From Octopus bimaculoides (Eukaryota), in contig NC_068981.1 in the NCBI RefSeq assembly GCF_001194135.2, positions 160,548,261 through 160,599,655 on the forward strand: 51,395 nt of DNA. Direction: 5' to 3'. Position 1 is the first letter of the stretch, and each line of letters starts with the position of its first letter. Of the stretch, positions 49,100 to 51,395 are shown piece by piece. The notes beneath the pieces were generated by a model. The model searched no databases. It was not told the DNA's origin and saw nothing but the letters and a program-made list of their open reading frames with translations. Made by a program: the position numbers and the translations under genes.

Positions 49100-50421
49100 G
49101 TAAGGAGATGGCTTCTAAAATTCTTACAGTTTTTTGTATCATCATAGCCTGAAAATATTATTTATCTTGATTTATTGTCTTTATCAAAATATATTCTTAA
49201 AAAGAGAAATTACTTGATGTTGTAATTTTTGTTTCTATGATTATGTTTCTATTTTTCCTTCTGATTTTTAATATAAAAGAAAACTAAATACTAGAATTCT
49301 TCTGTAGTTCTCTTCTATAGCAGATCATTTTCACTCTTTTTATAAATATTAACCTTATTTTCATTATTGGGTGGATGACAGAATTGATATGTTGGACAAA
49401 ATGTTGTGTTACACTTGGTTTCATTCCGTTGATTATATTTTGCTTTTGATTCTCCCAAGCAGAGTAAAATGACTACCAGTTTTGTTTTAATAGACTAATT
49501 CTGGAAGAAGAGGACCCCAGTATGGCCTTAGATCAATAACTGAAAAATTTTCAAAAATATAATATCAACAATTCAATAATTTACTTGAAAACCTCTAAAA
49601 TTGAAATAATTTTTCTAGTGAGAGAGGACCCACAAATGGAAAATTTTTTAAAGCACACAGAAAGGCTTTTTTTAAGAAAGGGAGTAAGTGGGCATAAAAT
49701 GAAACTATAAAATGTATAACCAACTGAATTTCAACTATAACAAGCAGATTACATTTAATGAAAATCAAAACACTCCCAGAGCAAAATTGTTACATGTGTG
49801 ATACTTGGCTAGTGCCAAATTTATGTAAAACCACCTCCACGGTATATATATAAGCTGAGTATGAAAAATGTAAATGGATAACATGTTTAGACTTTGGTTG
49901 CACACCTAAGCTGTTCTCTGTAATTAAGCAGGGAAAATGTTCAGTGTTGGTAAGAACTCTGGAAAGTGATGGGCTTTTGTTAAATGACCATCCTTTCTAC
50001 ACAGTTATCGAGGTGAACTAACAAGAGAACCTCTACGCTGTCACATGACCTGTTAGATATAGCAGCCAAATCTCCCTCAAACTGCACTGTACTGACTTTA
50101 AAAAAAAGATCATCGTCATCATCATCATATTAAATGGTTACAATTGGAATGCTTTTTAATCATAGATTTACCCAATCAGAGTTGACCAAGAACTATACAA
50201 CAACAATTGTTGTGGCCTTTGCTTTTTGAAACTGAATGATCTCATGCCTTCTCCCCTTGAGTATTTCTGACTCATCTTTCCTCTCATCAATGATATTATG
50301 TCCAGATCCTGCTCTAATAACTATGTCTAGCCCATCCTCAGCAGAATATTGATCCTCTGCAATTCCTTTCCTGAACATGTTTTATAACTGTTCAAAAAGA
50401 TTAACCACATCATCTCACCAG

Positions 50422-50547
50422 CACTATCATAGCTAGGGTGTGTGCTACACAGGGCAACCCTTCATTTTGCCACCCTTGGACCCCAACAAAGAATACATAT
50501 CTATAGCATACCCAAAAGTGGTGCCACCCCCTCTAGCTATGCTAGTG
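50422..50547. mobile_element. 126-bp hAT-type MITE (CACTAGCATAGCTA ends), same family as 27645-27799 in opposite orientation
   Basis: 15-bp TIRs CACTATCATAGCTAG / CTAGCTATGCTAGTG (1 mismatch). Perfect 8-bp TSD CTCACCAG (50414-21 / 50548-55). Shares the internal CCCAAAAGTGGTGCCACCC with the 27.6-kb copy. Confidence 0.88.
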
Positions 50548-51262
50548 CTCACCAGTCACAAAGGGCTTACAAAGGACGTGTGTGCAACTCCTTCCTTTAG
50601 ACTAAATCAATGAAAATATTTAAAAAGTTTAAATAAAAAGATTTAGGGTAGTTTCAGTTCGGAGTCAATAAAAGAAAAAAATTAAAATCTCAAAGTAAAG
50701 TCTACAACCGGATTTAAATTCTTAATTCATAGTTTGAACTTTGTCAGTCTCTAGCAATGACTGATCTTATGTTTGTCAACTGCAAAGAAAATCTTTGGCT
50801 AGGTCCCACTAATGATTGATTAAATGAGTGAGTAGTCAAAAATCATCAAAGCTTTGAAGCCAATTACAAAATCATAGCTCATAATACATTCATTGAGGAA
50901 CTTGAAATCCTTTCCAAATGTATGTTCATTACTCCAACTATTCTAACAGCAAAATTTAGGATAGAATTCCTTTGAAAGTCAGAGATTTGAATTTCATTAC
51001 AGAACCAGTACTAGTTGAATTTAAAATTTTGAAGTAATGTTACGAACAAGCTTAAATTGTACGTTTAGCAATTTAAACTTTACCAGTCACTGAAAAAAGT
51101 TAAATGGCTTCTTCAATATACAGTAAAACAAATGATTAGTAACAAAATAGGCAACACACATAATGGAAATTTCAGATAAATTTAGCACTTCATAAGAGAC
51201 AATGTTTGTAATCAGGAGCCAGTTTCTATAAACTGATTATTTCATTTGAAGTTGTGTATATA

Positions 51263-51315
<53 letters not shown>

Positions 51316-51395
51316 ATGTGTATGTATGTATATATATATATATATATTTACATATATATGTATATATATGTGTGTGTGTGTATATATATATATAT

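Noticed and set aside
1284-50378. Most short ORFs in the supplied track (poly-I, poly-H/Q, HT/CV/LS/IY repeats, and similar)
   Set aside because: They are translations of microsatellites, SINEs or AT-rich intron, or they run through N gaps, and have no splice or homology support.
49100-51395. Following ASCC3 exon (C-terminal Ig-like part of Sec63)
   Set aside because: No splice-bounded segment with recognisable similarity. Presumably beyond the window end.

Overview
AT-rich, microsatellite-dense eukaryotic genomic DNA, most likely an octopus or other coleoid cephalopod. That assignment is inferred from the tRNA-derived SINE repertoire, the RTE 3' tails and the simple-repeat load. The whole window lies inside one + strand gene, an ASCC3 ortholog (Ski2-like tandem helicase, activating signal cointegrator 1 complex subunit 3). 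Six GT-AG-bounded coding exons (742 nt, 247 full codons) splice in frame and encode the end of the second winged-helix region and most of the second Sec63 domain. The start and end of the gene lie outside the window. About 98.5% of the window is intron, filled with TE debris: two Tc1/mariner copies (one full length, DD36E spacing), CR1-, RTE- and Penelope-like fragments, several SINE families, and hAT- and piggyBac-type MITEs. I found no evidence of a new protein-coding system. The most interesting signals are TE-level and RNA-structure-level: a DD36E/Incomer-like element, an internally deleted RTE with its own TSD, a three-level nested insertion, a long hairpin of about 150 nt, and variable-copy 65-bp double-hairpin arrays. 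Protein comparisons are from memory, not database searches. SINE and LINE boundaries are approximate unless a TSD is given.
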